Of a DNA stretch of 64,000 nt, positions 36,456 through 50,190 are shown in pieces (positions within the stretch are counted from its first letter, which is position 1; each line of letters starts with the position of its first letter). The stretch is from Chlorokybus atmophyticus (lineage: Eukaryota; Plantae; Mesostigma and Chlorokybus algae): positions 729,537 to 793,536 of the forward strand of contig RHPI01001037.1 in the NCBI GenBank assembly GCA_009103225.1, given 5' to 3'. The notes under the pieces are model-generated. The model did not search any database. It was not told the origin of the DNA and saw nothing but the letters and a program-made list of their open reading frames with translations. The position numbers and the translations under genes are program-made.

Positions 36456-37609
36456 GCTGAGAAGCAAGCAGAGCATAGTTGAATGTCTAAGACGTAGGCG
36501 TAAAAATGGACACTAGACAACCGCAGGCAGACACCTTATGCTTGTTCTGTTGCAACTGAAACTCTCAAGTACAGTTGGAGGCAATGCAGCGGAGTATCCA
36601 GCGGCTGGCTTGATACAGGTCGTGGAACACGCTCAGGTGAAGCTTGGAGGTGATGCAGCCAAGCAGACACTCGCTGACTCAACAAAGGTAACTGCATACG
36701 CACACAGCTTGCGTGACACAAGCGGTGTGCAGTGACCAGAAGCATGCCTTTCATTTTGACACTTTGTGTTGTTCGATGCTCAGTAAGCTGTTACCACTGT
36801 GCTGCTTGACAACCGCTGCTGACCGGCAGCTGCAGCATGAAGAAAGGCCAAGAAGCTCACATATATTGCGTCGATAACAGCACATTCTCTCATCTTTCTC
36901 ACGCACCTTTGCACCTGCTTGCCTGGCAGTGCGCTAGGGTTATGCTCAAATGGCCACCCAGTCCACTGGTTTGGTCAGTTGGGCATGCTTGAGCGCCAGT
37001 AAACTGCAGCCTCAATGACGCCCGCTACATTTCACCAGCCAAGGCGGTCAACCTCAGCTACATGCCCTGACCAGGACGCCCTCCACCTAAGCCACCAACG
37101 CCGCCACCGACGCCACCGCCGCTGTCAGCAGCGCTGTTCGGCTACTCGCGCATGGAAGTGTACCTACTGGACATGAAGCCTCTTCGGGAAAAACATTGAA
37201 AAAGTGGTCTAATCAGCTGAAGCTGGCTGAAACCAGACACACTGCACTGCTCGGTGTTGAGGCTCCACAGCCACCTTGCAGCAAGCTGATCACCTGTAGT
37301 GTCCAGTATCCTGTTGTTTCCTGTTGGGATTCCGTGCATCCAGTGCTTCAAGTTGCTGCGTCAGGTGCGACAGACAGCCGCAATGCAACCCGCTGCCATG
37401 CAGTGCTCCTGACCCAGCACTGTCGTGGCCGTGCTTGCACGCATGTGAAGCAGCATACCAACATCAGCCACCGGCAAGGTAAGCAAGGTGGTGCGCTTAA
37501 CACATTCACCCCCAGAACCGCCCTGAAAATCGATGACTCAGCCATTTTCATGCCAGCCAGGTGAAAGCAATGTCAAGCAAAGATTTTCAGCAGTGCGCAA
37601 GCTAGCTAC

Positions 37610-39670
37610 AGCAGGCGCTGCGCCACAGGCCATCAGCTGTGATGTCGGTGCGGGAACCACAGGACGTGATTGTGCCCGGTGGGTAGGACGACAGCAGCAG
37701 CTTGCATGCTGCCGCTGCTGAGCCGGAAGCTCCATTGGGATGGTAGCAGTGGCGCAGGTGGAGGCGGAGGCGGAGGCGGAGCTTGCCGGAGGACGTGGGC
37801 CCCATGTGGGCCCCACCATAGGCTTCTGCAAACAAGGTAAGCCTTGTAACTGCGGTCAACTGACTGGCAGCGCTCACTAGCTATGACTCCTGGGTGCATG
37901 CACGGCAGCTTCTTCAAGCTGCGGTGCATGCACCCGTGTGGTACTGCAAGCCTGGTGGCCGTTATGCTTACTTGGTAAGGTGTGCTTGAAGGTGTGTAGT
38001 CCTCTTGACAGCGCATGTCGTAGTGACAGTTGCAAGAGCTTCTGTTGAGGTCCAAACAACCGAACAGCAAACGTTGAGTGCCATGCAAACTGTGGGTCTG
38101 AGCGTAAACAAAAGCTCACGCAACTTGGCAACGGCTGAAGCATGCGGTCTTAGCCTGATGTTTTCCAACGTGCATGTCAACAAGCATGCCTGTGAGCGTG
38201 AACGCCAACGTATCATACAACTTGAGTTGTGGCCAGAAGTCATCCAGGTGGTAATCACTATTGCAATGCGTGCGCGCAGGTTCAACCGGCTGTGGCAGCT
38301 TGCTGAACTTCTGAGCCCCACTTAAGAGCAGAGCATGGAGGGTTTGTGAGAAACTCCTGATGCATTGAAGCTTGAGACCCTGCAGCACAGGCTGGCGTCC
38401 AGCCAAGCCCAGCAAGAGAAGGAGGTGGCGCATGCGCTGGAGAAAGTACAGGCGGGGATGCAAGAGGGATGCCACGCACTCATGCAGATGGACAATATGC
38501 GAGGGCTTATTACAGCTTTGGAGGAGCAAGCTGTTTGATATTTGAAAGAGCGAAAGACGGCGCTTGAGTTGAAACAGAAGTTGAGGCACAGTCTATCAGA
38601 CACGAAGCAGTACCTACAGCACAAGGAGCGAGCGTATACATTGTTGTTGGAGACACAGGTGCAGCTGCAAGAGGATGCACGGGTACGGGACGAGCTGGAG
38701 AAGAGGCAAGAAAAGCTGCTGAAAGAGCTTGGATCAGCAATGGGAAGCGTAGTAAACGACCAGCCTCATCTTGCAAACACTGCCTGAAGCCATTGCGGAG
38801 CCGGCAAAAACTCAGCATCATGATGACCAGCTTCAAGAAGTACTTGCAGTTGATCACGGTTTTGGCTACCTTTTCACTTGCGCATTGCTGACCACTCGCT
38901 CGCTGCGCAGCCGTTTGTAGAGCTGGCAGGAACGCAGCATGACCAGGCCAACTCCAGGATGACTCCTTGCTGTTGACCACGCATTTGACTGCTGCCAACA
39001 CTTGCACATCGCTCACTTGCTGTCTGTGCAGCCGCATGATGACTTGCTTGAGGGCTCGGAACACCAAACTTTGCAGTCTCCGCCGCAGGCCGTTGACTCG
39101 GTGAGTGCATAGGCAAGGGGGCGCTAGCGAAATAGTCTATCTGTAGTGTACAAGTTGTTGCAAGAGTCTGGGTTTGCATGCAGTTGTGTCATTGAGGCGT
39201 CACGAATCATGACTCATGATGTTGATTGCTGGTTGCTGCCCGGGCAGCAGGTTCCGCGCTTTCGGCGCTTGCAACAAGACGGAACAGTGGGCACAATTAC
39301 CAAAATTCACTTCTCAATTGAAGATGTGCCGAAGAACGGGCTCTGGTAGTATAATCTGAACAAGCGTAAGGCATCTGGTGCACCAGCGCCGCCAGTAGCC
39401 GCGTGCAAGGTCTGCGTAAAGGTCATACAGTACACAAAGCCAGGATCGTGGGTGAGGCATAGTAAAACTCACGGTGTGCGGGAGCTGGGCGGGCCACCCA
39501 CATCACACCTTACTCACCTACATTACTTAACTTGAGACCATGCTAAGTCGCGCAGGAGAGGCAAAGGCTGCATACATCTCCCTTACAGATGTTTCAGAAG
39601 CCATACGCTGCAGAGACAGGTATAACTTTTGTCTTCCGGGAGGACACGTCATTGCTGAAAAGAAGAGCAA
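37610..39670 (+). pseudogene. Decayed coiled-coil + CxxC..HxxxH gene, copy B
   Basis: Shares blocks with copy A (GGAGGCGGAGGCGG, CACTAGCTATGAC, GAGCTTGAGACCCTG.AGCACAGGCTGGCGTCCAGCCAAGCCCAGC, CAGCGCCGCCAGTAGCCGCGTGCAA); extra in-frame stops. Confidence 0.65.
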
Positions 39671-41109
39671 GAAGAAATTTGGCGCATATAACACAGTTGC
39701 GCCTTTATGGGCTTTCCAGTAGTACTAAAGCACAACAGCACGCACTCTCAAACCAGCAACCGCACAGCATTCACAGCCAGCATAGCAACACCACAGCAAC
39801 TCTCAATTAAGCACGGGTAGGGGCATTCTAGCCATGTGCACTGTCTAAGTGATTGTGAACGGATGTTGCGGGGCGGGTCAAGCGCAAGAGCAAGAGGGCA
39901 CAGCAGCAAGCGCACAACAGTCGGACCTGAAGCCACAGCGCCCTTTGTTAGACCCAGTCGCAGCAGGGCCACCAGCAGCACAGCAACGACAGCAGCAGCA
40001 CACGGAAAGGGCGGGTGAGAGAAAGATGCTGTGCGACGCTGTGCTTGAGAGAATGGCGGGCATGGCGGCTGCTAGCTTGTGGTGTCGGTCGTAGTATGGC
40101 GCCAGTAAGACCTTGCTCTGTGCTGCGTCACTCACGCGCACAAATGACTGCAGCCAATACTCATAGTGTTAGTCGCAAGTGCTTTTGACGGCTAGCACAG
40201 CATGTCATGACGCCGCATAGATTTCTGACTCAGACCCAAAGCATATGTGACGCACATGTCATACATGTGTGACTCACTGGTCATGCATGCCACCACCACC
40301 ATGAGTCAACGTTAGTCCAACTACAAGTGCTCACATAGACTGTATGTGCGGGCAGACACCCTGCTCCCCACACATGCACAAGCACAAGTACACGTTGTAT
40401 CTTGTACGTTGTAGTACGTTGTAGTACGTTGCTACTGTGCCTGGTAGAAGAACTCTCTGTGAGCAGACTGTACATATGTGTGCATATCAAAAGGTTAGTT
40501 GCTGCTATGTTGTTGACTGTTTCCTGTGGTGCGATGCCTGTGGTGAGCTCGTAACATTGATGTTGCAAGCGACTTGGCTGCTGGTAACCCCTGTATGTCA
40601 TACTGGTCAGTCTGTCTACCAAGTTTGCCTATCTAATGGACAGTGATTCCTGCGCGTTAACGCCAACTCCCTATGAGCCCTTCAGACGAGCACATAATGT
40701 CACAGGTTAATGCAATGGTATGCCATGCGAATGCACATAACACTGATTTGCTGCCATCTGACAGCGCAGCCATTGCCCCACAGATCCAAGCAGACTTCAG
40801 GGCAGTACTTGCTGATGCAGGTGGTCGGGGGTGGTGTACACATCCAATGTACATCCAATGTGGCGTGCAACTATTCATGCACACGATATGCAACCATCAT
40901 CAGATGCGATGCCAAATGGCATAGCACTGTGGTGAGCCAGCCCTGCAGCGCACGTACGGGCTGCTTGGTATCCTTGGTGGCAAGCGAAGCAGGAGACAGC
41001 ATTGCATATCACAAAACCGCAACAGGAGTTAACCATACCACAGCTCTCTGCGTTGGTCATACTACCGCAAATGCGTATCTAGTGGTCTGCAAACAACCAA
41101 CCGAGCAAC

Positions 41110-44100
41110 CTAGCCCTTCTGCTTCAGTGTGATTTTGTCTCCAAGACTCAATGCAATGCCTTGTGTTTTGCTTCTGATCCTGATGTACCCGCTCAACTTG
41201 CCATCAGCAGTTTTCTCCACGCTCACATTGACAAGCGCATCCTCGCCAAACACACTCTTAGCGTACAGGTTGGCAGCCAAAAACCCGCAATCGCCCTCAA
41301 GCGCAGATCTGCACACAACAGCAGGCATCAGACGATGAGCATCAGAGACAGTGACTTCCTTTTTGCAGTTGCAGTAGCGCTATCACAGCACAGAACACTT
41401 ACGGGGGTGTTAAGCACTTCATGTTGGTTGAAGCCACCACATGATCCAGGAACTGATTCACATTGGTAATCCCAGTGTTGATGGCAACCTGCAAACAAGT
41501 GATGTTAGACTGCTGGCAAGGCAGTGGTCACCTGACATGAGGCGTTTCAGCAATAGCAATTTCACTTCATGCTTGGTCTAAAGCAATGAAGTCACACAAC
41601 ACAGCAGCAAACAACACCGCAATGCATGTCACTTTGGAACACAACAGGCAGAGGAGCAACGCATGTTACCTTGTTCTCCCACTCAAACTCCGCCCACATG
41701 TTTCTGAAGCTGACATCACCGCAGTAAGCAGGGGAGATGTAGTCCATGATGTCTATGTGGATGTCGTTGAGCACGACCACACTGCGATCCTGGTTGTTGG
41801 TGGACTCGTATACAATGTTGCCAAAAATGACGCCAGTCTCTGTAGACGACACCTTGATGTTGGCTCGGATGAGCTTGCTTGCGCTAGGTGCCAGAGTGTA
41901 GTTCTGCGGCCGTTCTACCAGCTTGAGATCACCCATGGTTGCCAACTCTAAACACAGATTCTGCAGTGTTTCATTGGTGCGGTTCACAACCGTGACATCC
42001 AGCACGATGTCATACTGGTGCACAGTGACGTAAGCCTCAGCATAGACTGGATCTGAAAAGCCCGTCAGCTGCAGCATGCGATTCAACTTGCGACTATCGT
42101 CCTGTGCTTTCTGGTACTCCCCTGTGGCGCGTTTCAAGTCAGTCTGGACTTCATCCTCAAGCTCCAGCTGGCTCAGGCCCTGTTCAATACAAGTCAAAAC
42201 TCAGCTTCATTGCCAATAGCTTCCCAACACAAGCATCACGGTTCCTTGCTCACTAAGCAAGGAACCGTTGAAGCGGCATGACGGTTCACCCTACCTTGCG
42301 GCTCTTCAGGTGGAAGAAGTCAATCAAGTCGTCTGCCTGCTGCACAGACACCTGGTTCTTGGCCTTAACCTCCTCAGACTCTCTTGATTGCTTTTCAGCA
42401 ATCATATGCGAGAAGGAGTCGCGCACGCTCTTTAGCCAAACCGTCTTGACACCCTGGTTCTGGGGATCCGCCAATGTGCGAATGCAGAGTGTCAAGCGAT
42501 CAACTGAGTCATCATCGATGGGGTGAGGAAGGATGGGAGCATTGCCCAAACGCAGCATTGATACAAGAAGCAGCAAGGCTTCTGCGTGTGCCCTGTGGAC
42601 AGCAACAGGATCTGGATTGACATCAGCGTACTGCAGAACCAGCTTGGTGAGGCTAGCGCCAATCACAGAAGCTAAGAAAAAGTCTCCAGACAGCAGGAGT
42701 GTACGAAGGTTGGGTATGGTGGTGCCGACATTCAGAAGTGTCATTCCTGATGCAGCGCCAGACAGAGCGATCTCTGAAGCAGCGCTTTGTGTGGCATACG
42801 TTCCATCTGCTAGAACAACTGGCCGCTTTGCAGTAGGCACCATGGGTACGCCGGGCACCTTCTTCTCTGCTGGCTCCTCAGGGGCAGGTGGCTCTTCGCC
42901 TGCGTCTGAGTAGAACGGCAACTCGCCAAGAGCGCCCTTAATTGTGGAGAGAGCATTCTCAATCTCACTTTGCGAAGCGCTGTATTCACTGGCAACCCAC
43001 AATGCGCATGCACACACGCGAGAGGATCTAATCTGGTAAAAAGTGTCCAGCAAACGTGCCAGGATAGACTCACGCAACTTGGGATTGGTTTCCACAATCT
43101 CGCGGACAAAGTAAGCCACATCAAGGGCAGACGCTGTGTTGGTGTCTCCCAGGAAATCCATCAGCAAGTGTACGACACTGGAGGCAACATCTGGGAACTT
43201 GACTGCACAGCTGTGTATAGCCTGAACAAGCATTCGCCTGTACTCGCCGTCCTTCTCATGGTCTTTGTTTTGGGTCTTGAGCACCTCCTTCTTGAGGGTC
43301 AGGACAACTTCATCAATGTTACGGGGCGTTATCAGGTCAAGTGCAATGTCAAGTGTCTTGCGGCGGATGTCCATGTTGGGGCTGGAGAGTGCACGCAGCA
43401 CATCCATCAACATTTCTTGCATGACATCTCTGTGGGCACTTTTCAGCTCCTGCAGCCTGTCCAGCACTATCAGCTTGACATTGTTGTCTGATTGCGACTG
43501 AAGCAGTTGGCAGTAGCAGTTGGCAGCAGCGCGAATGGCAGTAGGTGCGGAAGAAAGCGACACGAGCGTGTTGGCACACTCATAGACAACAGCAGTTGAG
43601 GTCGTGCCAAGCAGCATCAGTATGATCTTGATGTAGCGTCCCTTATCGACAGGGCTTGAGCGACACACCTTTCGGATAATCTCCAAAACCACCATCTGCA
43701 GAATGTCTCCCCAGCTAGCAACCTGAGCGCACACAGCACACATTTTGTAAGCACCGGCCTGACAACATGAATGCTTCACTACCATGACAAGTTGTCAAAT
43801 GTATGGTTGTGCTCAGCTCAACATACCTGGTCAATGTGATCCAATAGGTACTTCACGGCGCGATCTTGGGCACAATTGAACAACATCAGGAACGCATTTC
43901 GCTTTGCAGACAAGTCAGGTTCGGAGGGCAAGAACTTCTCAATGATCTCTGGAGCATCAACAAGAAGCTGCTCTCCGCCTGGCAATTTGTAGATGGAATT
44001 GATTGCCAGCACTGCATTTCTGCGGACATATGAATGGCGGTGCTCCAGGTTGGCCATGACTGAGGGAATCAAAGGTTCAAGCAGCTCCACCTCCTGTGAG

Positions 44101-45160
44101 AACCATGTTCGTGACAATGAGTAGCTGTCACTCCAGCCCTGCAATGTGCAATGCCTTACACAGCACCTAGTGAGCCCGCAAAGCACCGTGCATATAAAGA
44201 GTGCAATCACACGCAGCTACGTGGCACAACCATTCCAAACCTATGATTGAAAGGCGAAGCCAGTGGGCTTTATATAGCATACCTGAATCCGGCAAATGAA
44301 GCGCAAGGTGCAACCACGTATGTACTCATTGGGATGCTGCAGGTTGTTCCTCAAATTCTGGCAGATAAGAATCATCTCTGGCAATATTTTGCCATGTGCA
44401 TCTGTCTTTTCAATGATCTCTAGGTACAACAGCAGCAGCTTCTGGATTGTGTGATTCTCGCTTGGAAGCACATAGCGGACGATTGTGATAAAAAGCTGTG
44501 GCAGCTGCTCGCCGTTGAGCAGCAGCATGACTGCCCGCTTCATGGCCAGAACCTGTGTCAGAGGCAAACATGCAAGTCAGTAACATAATGCATGCTCCTA
44601 TGTGCTTTGACAAAGTTATGCAGGCACTGATAGTGTGCCCTGGCCAGTTTGGTATACACGATACACACCACGTCCCGCAGATTCAAACGTAGGTGCAATG
44701 CAGTGAATGTGAGTTAAGGTTATGGGATCCCAGACACGGCAAAAGGACAAAATTTTCCGCTATGCGGGGGAACGTGCATGTCGCACGAGTGATGCATGCT
44801 CGAACGTGCTTGCACATTGCCAATGCAGGCACTGACAGTAATCTGGCCAGTCAGGAATACATGATGCACGAACACCACGTCCCGTCAACTCAACATTGGG
44901 TGCAATGCAGTTAATGAAGGCCATCAACATGTGCGCAGAGTGCCCCCAAACACAAGGCAAAGGACAGTTGATTCCGCTGCAGAAAGCAGAGGTATGAATG
45001 CAATACGTTCACAACTGCAGCCACATCAAAGTGTGCAGGTAGAAAGCTAACGCCTGACCTTGTCGGCAGTATTGTTGCCTTCAAGCGCCTCTCGGATCTC
45101 ATTGGCAGCGGCCGGCGTGCCCTTGTCATAGTGCACCAGAAGCGTGCAGCTGCGCTCCAT
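41110..45160 (-). CDS. COPB1: Coatomer subunit beta, multi-exon
   Basis: [28 protein letters not shown]; [31 protein letters not shown]; [10 protein letters not shown]; [16 protein letters not shown]; [26 protein letters not shown]; [10 protein letters not shown]; [24 protein letters not shown]; [23 protein letters not shown]. Confidence 0.98.
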
Positions 45161-45454
45161 GGCTGCCTCTTCCTCACAGCCCCTTACTGCTGGTTCCAAA
45201 CCCTACACCTTGAGCGCGGCGCTTGCCTGTCGTCAGCACCTGCCGACACGAACCTCGTATGGCCCTGCACAGCACCCCGATCCCCGCCCCGCCGCCGCCG
45301 CGGCTCACGCCCACACGGTCATCGCCGCCCAGACCGCCAGCCACAAGCACAATAACATAATAACAGTGTAACGACCGAAAATTTGTGCTCACACAACCCT
45401 AATCATCTGTAATGCAGCTGTGTGACTGGCGTGAGTTCCGCATTTGAGGCTGCG

Positions 45455-47429
45455 ATGGAGGCTGCGGCGGCAGATAGAGCTGCTGCTGCCGTTGTGATGA
45501 GCTTTGGAAGGACGCTCCCTGTTACAGCTGCTGCCAGCTGCAGCACGAGCTACAACGCCCGCCTGCTGCAGGCGAAGCGGCCACCAATGTGAGTAAGCGA
45601 GCGCCTGCTATGCATGCTGCTGGCAGCAAGTTGGCAGAAGCGCAGTTGCCTACCGACTTCACCATGCAGTTGTATGCAATGTACATGTGGTACTGTGTTG
45701 GCTTCAGAGTCGTTTTGGCGAAAATGGGGCGCCTTGCGAGAATGATCTTAACCAGAGCATGCACTGTGTAGGCCTAACACCCAATACAGGCATGCTGTGA
45801 ACATGCATGCTCTGGCTTGACTTAGATGCAAGTGATGGGAACAGGATCGCTACCTGTCGTGTGTCTTGCTATCATGCACACTGTTGTCGGGAGAGTCCGA
45901 TGAGGGCATGTATCTTGGCCAATGTACGTAACAATGCCTTACCAGCACGTACGTATTCAAGCAGAACGCGCACGCACTTTGGTTGCCTGCCAGCGAAGTC
46001 CATCGTCAAGCGGAAAACTATTTATCTGGCGGTGAAGACTGTTGCGCAAGTAAAGCCTTTTCCGCAAGATGATGGCGGCACGACAGCTTTTGATGCCAAG
46101 CTCTTGCTGGACATGGATGAATTCAAGCCTGACAATGAAGAGACCCTTCAGCAGCTGCGTGAGCGGCATGCTGCTGGATTGGCAGCCTCAAGTTCGTACG
46201 ATGTTGAGCCCCAACCTCTGCGTACTGCTGAGGAACAGCCTGTGTCAAGTCGAATATCACGAGCTGCGCTGAGGAGAGCAATAAAACAGCGCCGCTATAA
46301 GCCATGGCGGATGTATGCTGAAGAAGGCCACCGCGGTGCGGTGGACAGCATTGCACACGCAATATGCAGCAAGCCTTTGTTGCTAAGGTACATCGCATTT
46401 GGTTACATGATTTTTGCATGCAGTAGCATATACTATCATGCGCACTGAATAATGTAAACAATATGCAGCTGTTTTCGCAAACCACTGTGGCGCTGTTAGT
46501 GAGAAGTCTGTCGTTCATTCTGGCAGGGTTCTGGCGTTCTTAGCGTGTGTAGTGTTGGTCTGGCTGCCTGCTGGGCTTCCATTGTATGCGGTAGCAGTGC
46601 AAGGGCCACCTGCATGGCAAGAAGGCGCCAGCTTGCTGATGGTTGTTGCACTGTACGCGGCCATATTGGTTGCGCTTCACCAGTGGGGCCGGCGAGTGCG
46701 TGATGAACCGTCACCGTTGCAGCATTACGGGTTTTCTTGGCAACCTATAGGTCGAAGGCTCGCAGAACTCTGCAGTGGCTTTGCCATGGCAGTGGCATTG
46801 CTGCTGGTTTTGTTTGGCGTGCAGGCTGCTCTGGGTTGGGTGGCTGTTGGCCCAGGCTTTTCATTTGGAGCCTCCTCGGCGCTCAGGTTCTTGGCGCCCG
46901 CGCTAAGCATGGGTGCTGCCGTTGCTTTTGTTGAAGAGCTTCTTTTTCGAGGCTGGTTGCAGGTAATCTTTCACCGGCACGTGGACCACTATCAGGTGTT
47001 TGCCATCGCAAGAAGCTCATATCAAGCCCTGTCTTGTTTGTGCAGGATGAGTGCATGCAGAGTTTCGGGTATCATGGAGCCACAGTGGCATCAGCTGCCA
47101 TGTTTGCAGTAGTTCACAGGTCCCTGTCTGCATTCCCAGGCCTACTTCTGCTGGGACTCGTCCTTTCCGGTCTGCGCGCTGCCGACTCTGGTCGTGCCTT
47201 GCGCGCAATGGGCTTGCATGCGGGCCTTGTTGCTGGGCACTTCTCGATACATGTCGGGCAGGCGCTGCAAGAGCTTCCTGGCGCTGCTGCCTGGGCGACA
47301 GGCAGTGCAGCAGGCAACCCTCTTGCTGGTGCAATTGGCATCTGCTTGGTTGGTGTAGTGGCCGTGGTGTGCTACCCGTGGCATGCAAAAGCTGCTCAGC
47401 CTCAGAGCATGAGTGTGTCCATGCTGTAG
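45455..47429 (+). CDS. CPBP family (CAAX protease/Abi) intramembrane metalloprotease, probably plastid-targeted
   Basis: Hydrophobic segments, AVAFVEELLFRGWLQ (EExxFR), AMFAVVH (FxxxH), AMGLHAGLV (H); upstream exons at ~45455-45589 and ~45950-46330 joined tentatively. Confidence 0.85.
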
Positions 47430-48506
47430 CTGCCACCGCAGCTGCCACACCTTCAGCTGTGTAGCTCACCATTGGCAGCTGGTGCCCGCAATAATGAACT
47501 TACCATCATGCAGCGTCCTGATGAAGGAGCAGAAGGTGTCGTTGTCGAAAAGTGTTGATAACTTCTCATCAGGCTAAAGTTGGTTGCAACGGTCAATGAT
47601 CATTGACACGCATGTGTACCCTTGCTAAGTTGAAACATTGCTGTGATACTACGCGCTTCAACGCAAATACCCCATGCAATTACCGAAACACGGGCCCACT
47701 CATAATCAAAAGTCATAACAACTTAAGACAAGAATTCCAGTGATGCATCTCATCATTCGCTGATGAGACATAAGTTTATTACGTTCGGTTCGTTGAGGTC
47801 AACACGTTGTTCGTCCACTTATTGAGAATTTATGATACCATAATCGCACACCTGCGACACTTTCAGTGATAACGTTGGAACCATCAAAATAAACTCCTAT
47901 TTAAGACAAACACAGTTCTCAAAGAATCAATCTTGTACTGTCTGTAGGGTCTGTCTGTAGGGTCTTCATAAATACTCGTTTCTTGCATGCCGAGTGAGGT
48001 ATGCCTATGGTCACGGTATTCAAAATATATCTGAGCGCGGGAGGATTAGAAGCCGTGCACGGGTGCAGACTGTACCAGAAGTCTCGATACGGTAGATGGT
48101 ACAATGTACTATTTGTACCAGTCAGTTTCACCACCAGGCCTTCTTCAGGCTGTCGTCAGTTGTACGGCAACCTGTTGCCTTCATCGGATCAGTGCAGTGT
48201 AGCGCGCATGCGTTGGCTCAGCCAGTTTGGCTGGCTGGTGCTGCATCTGTGTCCGGTACAAACTGGCATGCTCACGTTAGTGGTTGCGTACAAGTTGACC
48301 GAATGCTGGTACATTACACAGTACTGTACTAAGGCAAGCGAACCTAAACGAACGTGGCAGGCAGCCTGCCATAGGGGCTTGCTGAGCCGCAGCCCGCCTG
48401 TCCGGTATTAGTCGGCCATCTAGACCTTGCTGGAAGCTTTTTTGCTGCGCAGTTTTTTGGCGTTAGGGTTCGGAAATCAGCGTGGTTTGGGGTCTGACAT
48501 GAATAT

Positions 48507-49753
48507 ATGCCCTGGTTGAGGTGGTCGGCGGTGTTGTTGGGCAGCTCCGCGGCGTTGTTGTGGGAGCTTGTGCTGCGGCCACGGTTAGAGGCGGCGGAGC
48601 AGGAGCAGCAGCAGCAGCAGCAACTTCAGCAGGCTACCACCGGAGCGAAGCTTGTGATCGTAGAGGACGCACAGAAGCCTCCGCCTTTGCCGTCACTGCC
48701 GCCGCCCTCACAGCAGCAGCCACAGCAGGAGGCGGCCGAGGCTTGCCTACTGTCTGAGGGTAACGCTTACAAAAAAAAGCAGAAAAAGAAGCCGTCCGAG
48801 TACTTCAAGAAGCTCTTTGGACGCCAACGTGTAGACACAATGAGCCACAAGGAGGGTGCCGTCATCGTTGTTGAGAAGAAAGACGCCTGGGACGAGATCC
48901 TCTCAAAAGCCGCCGCTGAGGGCAAAACGGTATGTGCATTGTGGTGTTTGCGCTCCGTTCCACCATCGAAATATGCTGAAGCTATAAGCATCTGTTTCAT
49001 CTCGTTTTCTATTCTGCAAAGTGGGTCTTTTAAGAGTGATGTTGCAGGCCCGCTGTTGATATTGTGCCACAGTATGACATGTCAGCCATTGTGTGCATTG
49101 AGGGTTTGTCAAGGCATGTAAAGGTGTGCAATGTGATGCGTGTGATTTGACGCTTGCGCTTGCATGGCAGCGTCACGTAGCATACTATTGTATTGCAGGT
49201 CATTGTTGATTTCTCAGCCACATGGTGCTCGCCATGCCGCGTGATTGGCCCCTTCTTCAAAGATCTAGCTGACAAGAACAAGAACATCATATTCTTGAAG
49301 ATTGATGTGGACCAGTTGGCGGTAAGCACAGCGTGTTGATATTCCTCCTGGAAGTTGTGCATATTTATGCTGGTGTCGGACCACCAGTGTGGACAAGTGA
49401 AGCACATTCATGTATACACACTCGTGCACCTATGATTATGTATGCATGTATGCATGGCAGGTAGGCAGTGAGCAATAGAGTGCGTGGTGGTCATGTTGCA
49501 CACCATGACACATGGTCGTGGCAGCGCTGGGCCACAGCCGTGTCTCGTGGTTCTTAGTGCGTTGCAAGTAGCATGCGCTGGAGGTCTGTTGAGTGCATTG
49601 CGTGTAACTGCAATGTCTCCACAGGATGTTGCCGAGGCCTGCAGCATCAACGCCATGCCTACATTCCAAGTGTTTAAGAATGGAGAAATGGTTGACGAAC
49701 AAGTCGGTGCCAGTAAGGAGAAGCTCCAGAAGCTGGTTGAGAAGTATGCTTGA
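48507..49753 (+). CDS. Thioredoxin h-type (WCSPC) with in-frame N-terminal extension; exons 48507-48929, 49199-49321, 49625-49753
   Basis: [18 protein letters not shown]...|[20 protein letters not shown]...[10 protein letters not shown]|[42 protein letters not shown]. Alternative start at MSHKEG (48840). Confidence 0.93.
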
Positions 49754-50014
49754 TGGCGAGCATGAAAAGCATATTGGCCAACACGTCCCATGTCTATGCA
49801 GGCCTTTCAGTTGTTAGTTAGCGGTGCTTATCAACAACTGTTGTATGCTATTGGGCATTGCGTAGCTGACTGAATCCTTGCAATGAAAGTTAAGGCAGTC
49901 AGGTGGTGGTGATGACTTGATTTGGGTTGTTGCAGTCATTTGTAGTAAAGGTGTCCGCAGCAGTGCTGTGTGCCGGACGCTTTCGCTTCGACAACGCTGT
50001 CACTTGCAACTGAT

Positions 50015-50190
50015 ATCACGCAACTCTGTGGTCACAAAGAGACAAAGACAGGTGGTAGTATAGCAGCATTGCACATGTGTGCACCACTGGCTTGCATGTG
50101 TACATCACGCAACTCTGGTCACAAAGAGACAAGGACAGGTGGTAGTGTAGCAGGATTGCACATGTGTGCACCACTGGCTTGCATGTGTAC
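50015..50190 (+). repeat. ~88-bp tandem duplication
   Basis: ATCACGCAACTCT(GT)GGTCACAAAGAGACAA.GACAGGTGGTAGT...GGCTTGCATGTGTAC twice in tandem. Confidence 0.92.

Noticed and set aside
42533-43501. Plus-strand ORFs of 78-173 aa
   Set aside because: Antisense to the long COPB1 exon.
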